Assembly (NCBI RefSeq): GCF_006345805.1
Contig: NW_021824835.1
Location: 1,984-65,983 of the forward strand
Reading direction: 5' to 3'
DNA from: Octopus sinensis
Lineage: Eukaryota
Length of the DNA stretch: 64,000 nt
Shown: positions 26,495-38,787 of the stretch, piece by piece
Position numbering within the stretch: position 1 is the stretch's first letter
Layout of the letters: each line of letters begins with the position of its first letter
Translations under genes and position numbers: made by a program
The notes under the pieces: model-generated
What the model saw: the letters and a program-made list of their open reading frames with translations, nothing else
Databases searched by the model: none
Told to the model about the DNA's origin: nothing

Positions 26495-26705
26495 TTTATT
26501 TTTTATCTTCTTCGTGGTTCAGTCATTAGACTGCGGCCATGCTAGGACACTGCTTTGAAGGTAAATAGTCAAACGGATCAACCCCGGCAATTATTATTTT
26601 TTAAAGCCTGGTAGTTATTCTATCGGTCTCTTTCGTCGAATCGCTACGTTTCGGGAACATAAACACACCACCACCGGTTGTCAAGCGGTGGAGGGGGTCA
26701 AATAC
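26495..26705 (-). mobile_element. Family-A SINE 3' half
   Basis: Reverse complement of the family-A tail (CAGTCATTAGACTGCGGCCATGCT...TTATTCTATCGGTCTC). Confidence 0.75.
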
Positions 26706-26730
26706 AGACGCAATAAATTTTCATAACGCA

Positions 26731-26771
26731 CTCGACACTGGTGTTTCGATGTGTTAACTCTCGTCAGGCAG
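26731..26771 (-). ncRNA. Hammerhead-like motif with canonical core and weakened helices
   Basis: Minus strand: CTGC-CTGACGA-GAGTTAACACATC-GAAA-CACCAGTG-TC-GAG. Helix III pairs CAC/GTG; helices I and II each look one base short. Confidence 0.45.
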
Positions 26772-27285
26772 AAGCACCCTCAAACTCTTTGTGTTTTAAT
26801 AAGAGAAAATGGCTTTTGTTTATAATTTCAACGAAAAAGACCTTTTGCTGATCAGTGCTGAAATCTGCCAAGCGAAAATATATCATTATTTGTACTGTGA
26901 ACAGCGAGACTCGAAACCGTGTTGTGCATATTTATTCCTAATTCGTACCGATTAATACTTTCACATCGATGTGGAGATACAGATATTTTGTTTCTAGAGA
27001 TCTTCTAATACGGCAAAGATTACGGACAAAACGGAAGCCGGTTTCGGTTGCATTTATTCATCACCAGTCTTATGTTCAAATACCATGAAAATGTATTTTC
27101 CTGAATTAAAAAAAAAAATACATGGCTGTGTGCTTAAGAGACTCGCTTTACGACTACGTGGTTTTAGGGTCTGTTTTACTGTACGACACTTCGGCTAAAT
27201 ATCTTCAACTAATGCCCCATGACGACCAATTTCGACAGAAACTGTGAGGAAGCCTGTTGTATATATCTTTATACATATATGTTAA

Positions 27286-27695
27286 GGCGCAGGAGTGGCT
27301 GTGTGGTAAGTAGCTTGTTTACCAACCACATGGTTCCGGGTTCAGTCGCACTGCGCGGCACCTTGGGCAGGTGTCTTCTACTATGGCCTCGGGCCGACCA
27401 AAGCCTTGTGAGTGGATTTGGCAGACGGAAACTGAAAGAAGCCTGTCGTATATATATATATATATATATACATATATGTTTGCGTGTCTGTGTTTGTCCC
27501 CTACCACCATCGCTTCACAAACTATGCTGGTGTGTTTACGTCCTCGTAACTTAGCGATTCGGCTTAAGTGACCGATAGAATAAGTAGTAGACCTATAGAG
27601 AATAAGTCCTGGGGTTGAATTGCTCGACTAAACGCGGTGCTCCAGCATGGTCGCAATCAAATAACTGAAACAAATAAAAGAATAAAGGAATAAAA
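27286..27695 (+). mobile_element. Family-A SINE, full length
   Basis: GGCGCAGGAGTGGCTGTGTGGTAAG head, B-box GGTTCAGTC, internal (TA)n, tail GAAACAAATAAAAGAATAAA. Confidence 0.92.
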
Positions 27696-27974
27696 ATTAT
27701 CTATATATGTGTGCGTCTTTGTATTTGTTTCCCGCTACAGCACTTGGCAACCGTTGTTGGTTTGTTCGCGTTTCCGGAACTTGGCTGTTCGGCAAAACTG
27801 ACTGATAAAATATTGCTCACATTAGATTTTGACTTCTGTTGATGTGATACGTACTTTAAAATCTAAATAACTAAAATCACATTCTACAACTTTTAACTGT
27901 ATGATTGGAACTGCGAAGTGAAAAATCACCCTACCACAACATACACGAAGGCTACATAAGATGCGTGTGTATAA

Positions 27975-28206
27975 GGCGGCGAGCTGGCAGAAACGTCAGC
28001 GCGCCGGGCGAAATGCTTAGCGGTATTTCGTCTGTTGTTACGTTCTGAGTTCAAATTCCACCGAGATCGACTTTGCCTTTCATCCTTTCGGGGTCGATAA
28101 ATAAAGTACCAGTTTCACACTGAGGTCGATGTAATCTACCTAATCCCTTTGTCTGTCCTTGTTTGTCCCCTCTGTGTTTAGCCCCTTGTGGGTAGTAAAG
28201 AAATAG
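27975..28206 (+). mobile_element. Family-B SINE, B2 tail variant
   Basis: GGCGGCGAGCTGGCAGAAACG head; ends GCCCCTTGTGGGTAGTAAAGAAATAG. Confidence 0.92.
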
Positions 28207-29125
28207 GTATGTGTGTGTACGTACCCACACACACACGTACATACAAAGATGTATGTAAATGCTTATGTATAATATATATTTGTATTTATGAACATGCAGA
28301 TATATATATGTGTGTGTGTACGTCATGTATATATATATATATATATCTGTGTGTATAACACATTAATAAGTATGTATACATACACACGAAACTAAATGTA
28401 CCAGTTTATGGCAGTAATGTAGTGGCAGTAATTTAGTCGCTGAGGGGGGAAATGGGTAGAGGAGAAGGAGGAGAAGGTTGTGATAAAGAAGAAGAGATTA
28501 GGATGTTGGTGGGGCGGGTAGGTGACTCGAATCTGAGAGGAGTAGAACGTTAGTGGAACGAGGGCGATTGTGGGTTGTGTGGCTGTCGGGGGGTGCAAGG
28601 GGAAAATTGGATGGCGATGGCAAATTGCTGAAGTAAGGAACAGCTAATCTGGCGGAAATCGGTAGGTACGCATGATTTCTCCACACAGGAAGCTGTAACA
28701 TGAAGCTCCATGCTTAAGTTGAACCAACGTACAGGAAGAACTGGCTTATACTCCAGGTGGGATCAGAGTAAACACTATTTCAGCATATTTAGCTTTTGTT
28801 TTTCATTTTTATTTTGCTTATTTGTTTGTTTGTTTTTCCTTCTTATTTTTTGTCCTTGGTGAGCAAGGTTTATTTATTTGTTTTGTCTTGCTTGTTTTTT
28901 TCTTTGGCGGTGGTAGTGGTGGTGAGTGCCATGCCGTAGATTTGAAACTCAGCTATATTTCTGTCTCTCCCTATTCCACCTGCCTTGTTACTTTCCTTAT
29001 ATATATATGTGTGTGTGTGTCTGTGTGTCTGTGTGTACGCTTGTATATATATGTATGTATGTATGTATGCTTGTATATGTATGTATGTATGCTTGTATAT
29101 GTATGTATATATGTTTGTATGTATG

Positions 29126-29203
<78 letters not shown>

Positions 29204-29624
29204 TGTGTGTGTGCGTGTGTGTGTGTGTACGTATATCTATGTAAGTATATTTACGTATATTTACTTATGTAGATTTTAACTGAACTTCTAGGTCCTAGAC
29301 AGATGTAAACTCCTTGTCTTAATACAGAATATCTTTGAGAAGAGAAAAAGTGAGATCAGCCGGACTAGTTTCTGTCCTGTATTGAGATTTCATTAGTCAA
29401 CGTGTACACGCTTTTTATTTAAAAAATACATTCACAAACCTGTGAAAAGACAGAAATCGAAGGTGATAGCCTCGGAACATTTAACGAGTACTGTAAAAAT
29501 TTGAAATGTCGGCTGTGAATTAATTTGGCGTTAGTTGGCAGTTTGTTGTAGATTGGATTTTGGTAGTGGTGGTAATAATTAATATTGATATTAATAATGT
29601 TAATAATTATGTTGATAATTATTA

Positions 29625-30146
29625 TTCTTAGCGTCTATAAGAAATAAAACTCGTGGAGACGTTGCGTGGAAAAATAGAATAAAAACTATTAATGAAAAAG
29701 GCTAAAAGGAATTTATTTATGAAATACGGGAATTATCTAAATTTCATGAATCAAATAAAATTTATAAAAATAGTAAAAATAGTATATTAAGTATTACTTG
29801 TTCAACAACACCACCCGGACCCTACAACAAGCCGTACGCGATTATAAATATATTTATAATAATATTTAATAATATAATAATTATAGTAATATTTATATTA
29901 ATAATATAGTATTATAATAATATTTATAATCGCGTACGGCTTGTTGTAGGGTCCGGGTTGTGTTGTTGAACAAGTAATACTTAATATACTATTTTTACTA
30001 TTTTTATTAATTTTATTTGATTCAGGAAGTTTAGATAATTCCCGTATTTCATAAATAAATTCCTTTTAGCCTTTTTCATTAATAGTTTTTATTCTATTTT
30101 TCCACGCAACGTCTCCACGAGTTTTATTTCTTATAGACGCTAAGAA
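29625..30146. repeat. Fold-back inverted duplication, arms about 228 bp, AT-only spacer about 67 bp
   Basis: 29625-29852 is the reverse complement of 29920-30146, with only a handful of differences. Confidence 0.95.
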
Positions 30147-31121
30147 CTATTCTTTACGTTTATAATCTAGCGATATCTTCTCAACTAACTTAGCAACGTT
30201 CTTTTCTCCTTTTCGTTTGGATTTTGTATTATTTTGGGATTAATGTTTTAATTTTGTTATTGATATATTAAAAGGTGCCTGTTAGTTTTAGTTGGGTATC
30301 TTCATATTAGTTTTTCCATAAATTGTGCTTTTTTCTCACATTTCTTTAGCTCATGAGGCTTTAATATTTTTCGTTTTTTCGTATTTTTCATTGATAAAAA
30401 ATTTTGACACTTTCATTGAGTATTTATACTATTTCGTTGCACTGCGTTGATAGGTTTTCTTACTTTCCATTAACATATTTTTCCCACTATTATATTTTTA
30501 TATATATATTGATAGGTATAAGTTACGATAGATATTGATTCCTATATATTTTTTTAATATATATATATATACCAATTAAGGACTGCACACGAAAAGTGGA
30601 CAGTCAACATGCTAGATATAGACGTCAAATCGCCATTCTCCATAAAAAAAGTTTATGTTCTCAGATCAAACTCAACAAATTATATATATATATATATATA
30701 TAAAGTGATCTAACGATTAATATTTTCTTTAATTTAAGAATTAATTTCGTCAGAAAATATAAGCTACCTAATAAGTGCCTTATTTACTTGTAATTTTAAA
30801 TTTTAAGTTAATTAGGTATTATATTATTTGATATTTAGTCAACTTTGTTATAGATTCTTATATTAAATCTATAGATACTACACATGTTTATTTATTATAT
30901 AGTTAGCTTATTTAAGGAGTTTGTCTATATTCGAACCATTTCTTATTTTGATTACAATTCAATGACTTGTACTAGCTTTGTGTATTTTATTTAATTTTAA
31001 AGTATTTAATATTTTAAGTATTGTTTTAGTTTTCACTTATGTATATTTAGTATTTTCATATATATATATATATATTAAAGTATATCTATTAATTGATTAT
31101 TTTATTGTTCTAGTTTATTTT

Positions 31122-31210
31122 TAACCTGATGAGTGACTATATTTATATCAAAGTGATTTCTCTACTACTATAATCATTTTTTAAATGTAGCCACGAAACA
31201 CGTGTCGTTA
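31122..31210 (+). ncRNA. Type I hammerhead ribozyme motif, intact core, long helix II
   Basis: TAAC-CTGATGA-GTGACTATATTTA...TAAATGTAGCCAC-GAAA-CACGTG-TC-GTTA; 13-bp outer helix II with one mismatch, inner AAAGTGATT/AATCATTTT, palindromic ACACGTGT, GTC site. Confidence 0.82.
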
Positions 31211-31427
31211 TTCTACAAATTATATACGTTATTTTTTTTTTCCAATTTACTTAATCATTGACATTTTATTGTTATTTTAATTATAATATTTCTATTATAT
31301 GTAATTTTCTAGATGGTGTAATTTAATTGTTCATTTTGAATTGATAAAAGGTGGATTTTTTCGAATTTTATTGTGTGAAATTTGATTTAGTATTTCTAAA
31401 TTGAATTTTTTTCCCTGAAACAATGAT

Positions 31428-31470
<43 letters not shown>

Positions 31471-31914
31471 ATATATTTATGCGAATCGATTAACGTTTCT
31501 GCCAGCTCACCTTATATATATATACATATATACATACATACATACATACGTATGTACGTACATACGTATGTACGTACATACGTATATATTACTGTATTTA
31601 AACGTGTATGTATTTATATTCAACTTGTTCGAGAACACTCTAACTTAGAATTATCTCCGCTACGGTGGCAGTCTTGGAAGAGAATTTCTTCTCGATAATC
31701 AGTGTATAATTACATCGATATAGACTAAAAATTTTGCCATCAGACTGTAAAACACGTCTTTGAGTTATAGATGCAAAATCTGTTGCTCACAGCTCACGAA
31801 GAGCAACCGTTATTTTACGTAGACAAAAAATAATAAATATTCTAACGTATGCAAAGCTTTATCAAGCTGAACATACGCCATATTTCGAGCATCCTTAGAC
31901 CTGGTGGAGCCATT

Positions 31915-32095
31915 TCTAGGCGAGAGTGAAACATATAAAATAAGTTCAAAAGAAAAAGGAAAATCGCCCTTGAATATAACTGGTACTTTAATCACTGACC
32001 CCGAAAAAAACAAAGTTGATCTAGGCGTAGATTGAACTCAGAGCCCGGAAGCCAGAAAGATTGCTGCAAGGCGATTTCTCTGACTTTCTAAAGAC
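31915..32095 (-). mobile_element. Family-B SINE, diverged
   Basis: TGGTACTTTAATCACTGACCCCGAAA...TTGAACTCAGAG block. Confidence 0.6.
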
Positions 32096-32420
32096 TGAAG
32101 ATTGGTTTCGTACATACAAACATACACGTACATACATATATACTCGTACACATACATACGTACGTACATAAACATACACACGTACATGCATACATACGTA
32201 CATACACAGACATGTCTACATACACACACACATACTTACGTACATACATATATAAATGCATACATACATACAATATATACACGCATACATACCATACATA
32301 TATACATATATAGATATGTATACACACATACATACATGAAGAAATGCACACATACAAACAATATATACATATAAACATATATATATATATACATACGTAC
32401 AATACATATGTACGTATATA

Positions 32421-32830
32421 GGGGTGGCAGTGTGGTAAGGAGAGTGCTTTCCAACAACATGGTTCCGGGTTCAGTTACTCTGCGTGGCACCTTAGGCAAG
32501 TGTCTTATACTATAGCTTCGGATCGACTAAAGCCTTGTGAGTGGATTTGATAGACGGACACTGAAATAAGCCGCTCGTATGTACGTATATATATATATAT
32601 GTATGCGTATGTATATGTTTGTTTGTGTTTGTCCCCCCAACCATCGCTTGACGACAGATGTTGCTGTGTTTACATCTCCGTAACTCAGCGGTTCGGCAAA
32701 ATAGAACGATAGAATAAGTACTAGGCTTACAAAGAATAAGTCTTGAGGTCGATTTGTTCGACTAAAGGTGGTGCTCCAGCATGGTCGCAGTCAAATGACT
32801 GAAACAAGTAAAAAAATAAAAGAGTAAAAG
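32421..32830 (+). mobile_element. Family-A SINE, full length
   Basis: Head, body, internal microsatellite and GAAACAAGTAAAAAAATAAAAGAGTAAAAG tail. Confidence 0.9.
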
Positions 32831-32958
32831 AATATATATTATATATACACACACATACATATACATACATATATTGATGCATACATAGAATATATACATA
32901 TACATATAATATATACGTACAATACATATACATATGTATGTATGTGTATATATATATA

Positions 32959-35940
32959 TCACCTTGATCACCTTGACCGACCAGTCCGTCGGGTGTCCAT
33001 TTGACACCGCTGGTCACAGCACGCTGTCCACTCCTCTCTGGATCGCGCCTTTCTCATCCAAGTGATCCCAATCGTCCTCCTGAAATCGTAACTCCACCGT
33101 CGTGGAGGTCTTCCGGGTGGTCTTTTCCGCTCGCGCGGGTACCACTCGACAACTGCGTGCGTCCACCGATTATCGGTGAGCCGGGCGACGTGTCCAACCC
33201 ATCTATACTTGCTGCGTGTATACTCTGCGATGACATCTCTCACGCCGGACTTCTTTCTGATGATCTCGCTACTTATGTGCTCTCTCAACGAGATACCAAG
33301 CATTGACCTTTGCTCTTCTCTCTTTATGGTAGCCCGTGTTTCACTACCATATAACATTGCAAGCAGAACCGCACTGTTAATGAGGTTGGCGCGGGTGGTC
33401 CTGTCCAACCTTCCCTTGAGCGCATCCCTTATGCCATTGAACGCCTTCCATCCGGCCCTTACTCTCCGTGAGATCTCCTTTTCGATATCTCGGCACATAT
33501 TTACTTCCTGTCCCAGGTAGACATATTCCCTTACCTCCTCTATTTCATCACTGCCGATCACCATTCGACCTGTTGGTACGTTGTCTGACCGCATGAACTT
33601 TGTTTTCATGCGGTTTATCTTGAGACCTTCTGCAGAGCTTTTGATGTCGAGCTCCGTCAGCATGGTCTGAAGCTGATCCGTGTTTTCAGCGATGAGTACG
33701 ATGTCGTCAGCGAAACGGGGGTGACAGAGGAGCTCGCCATTGATGTTGACACCACCTTGCCAGTCGATGCCTCTGATGATCTGTTCGAGACATGCAGTGA
33801 AAAGTTTTGGGGAGATTGTATCTCCTTGCTTCACCCCCTTCTCGACCGGCACTCGTACGGGTGATGACAGTAGAGCTTTGTCGGTGGTGCATCCGGAATT
33901 TGCCTCTCTGAGCAGCTGCACATATTGCGCTTCGACTCCTTGCCTCTGCAGCGAGTTCAGCACTGCGTTGGTTTCGATGCTATCGAAGGCCTTCTCATAA
34001 TCTATGAACGCAACGCAAAGAGGCAGCTTGTACTCATTTGCTCGCTCAAGCAGTTGCGTTAGAGTAAATATATGGTCCATCGTGCTGTAGTTCTTCCTGA
34101 ATCCTGCTTGTTCCCTCGGTTGTTGTTCGTCGAGACGACGTGATAACCTGTTCAGAATTATCTTCGTGAACAGCTTGTACACGTAAGACAGGAGGCATAT
34201 GGGTCGGTAGTTCTTTAGATCTTCTCTGTCGCCCTTCTTATGCAGCAAGATGGTATTTGACTCTTTCCACTGCGAGGGAATTCTTCCCTCGTCTAGATAG
34301 TGCGTAAATCGCTCGGCGAGGATTTTCCAGAGCTGCTCTCTGCCTGACTTTAGCACCTCCGATGTTACACCGTCTTTCTCTGGAGTCTTTGCGTTTTTCA
34401 TCGAGCCTATGGCTCTTTCAACCTCACTGACAAGGATAGGTGGCACGTTTTCTTCCTGTTGGAGTGGTGGTAACAGCTGGATATTTCTGGTAGACTTAAA
34501 GATCTTGGTGTAGAAGTCTTCGCAAACTGTTTCCATCTCGCTCTTCTCGTTGACCGGTATTCCATCTGTATTTTTCAGGGCCGTCACTTCCGATCTATAT
34601 AGTACCATGTCCCTCTTGCATTTCTTGAGGCTCTTCTTTTCCTCTGCGGCTTTCAAGAGCTTCTCCATCCGGTATGCCTCAAAGTCTTTCTTTAGTTGCT
34701 GACGAATCACTCTGCTGAGAATGGAATGTTCAAGGTGATCTTCAATAGTCCTCTTCATATTTTTCCTCTTCTCGAGTAACTTCGTAGTTTCTTCCGAGAT
34801 TCTTCCCTTCTTTTCTCTTGGGCATACTCCCTTAGCCTTCCTTAAACACTCCTTCAGTTTCCCTATCAGTGAGTTGTAGTCATCGTCTATGTCATCTCCT
34901 TGGCACCAGTCTTCCTGCATGATGGCTTCCTGCAGCTTTGCCTCGTTGTAGACTCGGACACGTTTTCCCTTCGACGCCAAATATAGCGCCATCTTCTCTC
35001 TCTTCCCGTCGATGACGACCCTCGCCCTTACCAGACGATGATCGCTGCCGGTGTTGAATGGCGTCACGACGGAGACGTCATGTAATATGCGTCGCTTATC
35101 AACCAGGATGTAGTCGATCTCGCTTCGGTGCTTAGAGTTCGGCGATATCCAAGTCCATCTCTTCCTCTCCCTCTTTCTGAATAGGCTGTTTCCGATGTAG
35201 AGCTGCCTCGCCTATGCCATGGTAGCCAAACGTTCTCCTCTCTCGTTTCTCACTCCCATGCCAAATCTCCCGATGTACTCCTCTCCTTGTCGTCTATGTC
35301 CAACCTTTGCGTTGAAGTCTCCCATCACGACAGTGTAAGTGGACTTCATAGCCAGCCCTTTGTCTAGTTGTCGATAGAATTCTTCCACCTCGTCGTCGTC
35401 GCTGGCACTTGTGGGAGCATACGTCTGGACAATCTTGAGGGTGACCTTCCCTGAGAGGTTCACATTTAGTACACCAATGTGTGATGATATGAAGTGGCAA
35501 GAAGCGACCCTAGAAGCCCATTCCTTACTTACGATGAATCCGATACCCTCGACCGATCTAGCACCTTCTGCTCTCCCTAATCTCACAGTGCATCCATCTT
35601 GCCATCGTATACCCGCTTCCTTCTTCCAGCGTGTCTCGCACAGCCCTGACACGTCGCACCTAATCTTCTTCCTATCCTCCATTAGATGGTTCAGTTCTTG
35701 CCACCCTGCCATGGACCTGCAGTTGTAGGTGCATATGGCAAGTTTAGTCCTATTCCATGACGGCCCTCGGGAACCTGTGATTCTTAGCAGCCTCTCATCG
35801 CTCGAGTTGCACTCCGCCGTCATGGAGTGGCCCGATTGACATGCAGTGTACTGAGGCCCTTTTCCTTTTCTCTTTGTTCTTCGTGCAGGCCGGTATTTTG
35901 TTGGATGGCCGTTGACTATTCAGGAGTTCATCCGCCCTTA
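32959..35940 (-). mobile_element. Near full-length RTE-clade non-LTR retrotransposon
   Basis: Single APE+RT frame; 3' end is a (TCAAGGTGA)x2 tandem repeat running into (TA)n; 5' leader of about 115 bp; markedly more GC-rich than its flanks. Confidence 0.95.
32968..35823 (-). pseudogene. RTE ORF (APE endonuclease + reverse transcriptase), 952 codons with one in-frame TAG at 35212-35214
   Basis: The 203-aa and 699-aa track ORFs are in the same frame. The 48 codons between them read ARQLYIGNSLFRKRERKRWTWISPNSKHRSEIDYILVDKRRILHDVSV. APE motifs: TYNCRS, GLCETRW, MGDFNAKVG, EIDYIL, GSDHRLV. RT motifs: YRPICLL, QAGFR, FIDYEKAFD, GVKQGDTISP, RFADDIVL, YLGQ. Confidence 0.95.
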
Positions 35941-35991
35941 CACATATATACATCTACAATATATATATATAAATAAGTATGTATGTATATA

Positions 35992-36030
<39 letters not shown>

Positions 36031-36093
36031 TATATAATATATATATATATATATACTATATAATATATATATATATTACATATATATATATAT

Positions 36094-36155
<62 letters not shown>

Positions 36156-36168
36156 TATACATATATAT

Positions 36169-36202
<34 letters not shown>

Positions 36203-36266
36203 CATATATAGATATAATATATATATACAATATATATATATATAATTATATAACATATATATATAT

Positions 36267-36300
<34 letters not shown>

Positions 36301-36302
36301 CA

Positions 36303-36351
<49 letters not shown>

Positions 36352-36451
36352 CATATATATATATAATATATACATATATATATATATATATATTATATAT
36401 ATAATATATATATTATATATATATATATATATATAATATATATATATATGT

Positions 36452-36795
36452 ACAATTGCAGCGTGGAAGGTGTTTATAAGCCATTTAAGAAACACACAAA
36501 ACCGTAGATTCACTTCAACATTTAAATTTAATTTGTCAAAGTATTTTCGTCGCTTTGAGACCGCAACCTGTTCACTGACGAAACTCTTGCTGCATCTTCT
36601 TGCTGCATCTTCTTGCTGCAGCAAGAAGTTTCGTCAGTGAACAGGTTGCGGTCTCAAAGCGACGAAAATACTTTGACAAATTAACGGTTTTGTGTGTTTC
36701 TTAAATGGCTTATAAACATCTTCCACGCTGCAATTGTTTTCGTTCCAGCACACGATCTCAGATCAAGTCACTCGCTATGCAAGTACATCTCCGTA
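36452..36795. mobile_element. Fold-back pLTR-like unit: inverted arms 36452-36593 and 36618-36737 around a (TCTTGCTGCATCT) triplication
   Basis: Arms are near-identical reverse complements apart from an indel of about 23 bp; each arm carries a hammerhead-like motif. Confidence 0.85.
36633..36677 (+). ncRNA. Hammerhead-like motif with G3-C8 swapped core; mirror copy on minus strand at 36535-36579
   Basis: GTCA-GTGAACAG-GTTGC(GGTCTCAAA)GCGAC-GAAA-ATAC-TT-TGAC. Confidence 0.55.
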
Positions 36796-37406
36796 ATATA
36801 TATATATATTTATTATTTATATTATTATATGATTGACCGCCACGCAGCCTCTTCCACGTAAGATTTATCTACATATATACATACATACATATATACATCT
36901 ACAATAAATACATGTGTATACACATACATATATACATATAAAATACATAAATACATACCTACATACCTACATACATACTTGTAGAGATGAGCAAATAAAA
37001 AAAAACCTTTCTTGCCATTGATTTTTCAAGCCCCATTGTGAAGTCTGACACTAATGCTTGGGTGTCACGTGTGACACTCCCAACCACAACTGCCACCATC
37101 ACACAACCCACACATACTCTCGTTCTCGTATACAAATATATACACAACACTCCTCACTTTCTTCATCTTTTCTGTCACACATACGCACACACACACACTC
37201 ATACACACAGACACACTCGCACAGTACTCTCTTCTCTCCTCCCCATAAACACATTTTTATAGAAAAGGACGCAAATAATATTGTCTTTCTTTGTATGTAT
37301 TTGTTTGTATGAATCTCTCCCCTCTCTCTATCTTTCCCCCCTCTCTCTCTCTAACTATCTATCTATTTGTCAGTCTCTCTCTGTCTATCTCTCTCTCTTC
37401 CTCTAG

Positions 37407-37440
<34 letters not shown>

Positions 37441-38307
37441 GTCTATCTATCAATTTTTCTGTCTGTCTGTCTCTCTGCCTCTGGCTCTGTCTGTCTCTCT
37501 ATGTATATATCTGTGTGTATGTGTGTGTGTAGATGCAAAAACAACTTTCTCTTTTCCAAAAAGCACATAGACACATTCACACACAATACTATTTGTCGCT
37601 TTCTCTCTCTCTCTATCTCTCTCTATGTACCTCTCCCCCTCTCTCTTTAACTACACTGAACTTAATTTGGAAATGATGTTGTGCTGTGACTACCACTACC
37701 ACTACCACTACCATCCGTCCGATGTCATTGTCTTCCCGACCCCCCCCCACCACCATCACCACCGGATCTTTTGCTCAGTTTCCTTGTTATAAGGTCAAAT
37801 CACCCGAAACCCTCAGACCCTTCCTCCTCCATCACCACCACTATCACCACATCCACCCCCTTTTCTCTACTTGACTCCTGACGTTAAAGGTCATTTGAAC
37901 CTTGGGAGTTTATTTACTCCATCTGTTTTTGGAGGAAAGGGACCCTTTCCCACCACCACCACTAAACAATAAATAAGTATATGAAAAATTAATCCCTGAC
38001 AGACCTCTTCCCCTATAAAGACTTCAAAGTAGCGATCCCTTTTTGTGAGGAGAGTGATAGGTTTGTAGGGGAGGGTAACCCTGATCACTACCGTCTTTCG
38101 ATGAAGCGTATGTCTAAATAATATCTTCCTTTTCTGAGAAGTGGAGTGGCTTGCTGGTCAAGTCGTTTTCGACCGGGTTTCATATGACCCTTGGTGGGGT
38201 CAATATAAGCTTTTGCTATTAAAGCTTATGTGCAATAAATCGGTCATGCTTGCACAATACGCAAAATACCTTCACAATTTTTCAAATACAATTCCAAATA
38301 ATATTTA

Positions 38308-38466
38308 GAGGCGTGGCTGTGTGGTAAGAAGTTTGCTTACCAACCACACGGTTCCGGGTTCAGTCCCACTGCGTGGCACTTTGGGCAAGTGTTTTCTACT
38401 ATAGTCTCGGGTCGACCAAGCCTTGTGATTGAATTTGGTAGACGGAAACTGAAAGAACCTCGTCGC

Positions 38467-38501
<35 letters not shown>

Positions 38502-38787
38502 GTGTGTGTGTGGTGTGTGTGTGCGTGCGTGCGTGCGTGTGTGTATGTATGTGTATGCATGTGTGTGTATGTCTTTGTACCTGTGTTTGTACCGCCCACC
38601 ATCGCTTGACAACAGATGTTGGTGTGTTTACGTCCCCGTCACCTAGCGTTTCAGCAAGAGACCGATAGAGCAAATACTAGGCTTACAAAGAATAAAAACT
38701 GGGGGCGATTTGTTCGGCTAAAACCCTTTAAGGTAGTGCTCGAGCATGGCAGCAGTCAAATGTCTGAAGCTAGTAAAAGATTAAAAG
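38308..38787 (+). mobile_element. Family-A SINE, full length with long internal (TG)n
   Basis: GGCGTGGCTGTGTGGTAAG head, B-box GGTTCAGTCCC, tail. Confidence 0.9.

Larger units (their letters stand above)
29280..31420 (-). mobile_element. Decayed Penelope-like element: RT remnant on minus strand, internal fold-back, and an oppositely oriented pLTR-like segment (about 30560-31420) carrying a hammerhead
   Basis: Minus-strand fragments FTADISNFYS (RT motif A-like, about 29480-29520) and NEISI.GTETSPA (motif B-like, about 29350-29400); HHR at 31122-31210. Protein similarity judged by eye. Confidence 0.5.

Noticed and set aside
33001-35728. Plus-strand ORFs of 60-114 aa inside the RTE
   Set aside because: Antisense shadows of a GC-rich coding sequence.
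35942-36906. 20-bp direct repeat ACATATATACATCTACAATA at 35942 and 36887 as a TSD around the fold-back unit
   Set aside because: Low-complexity sequence within TA/CA-rich tracts; cannot be distinguished from local slippage.
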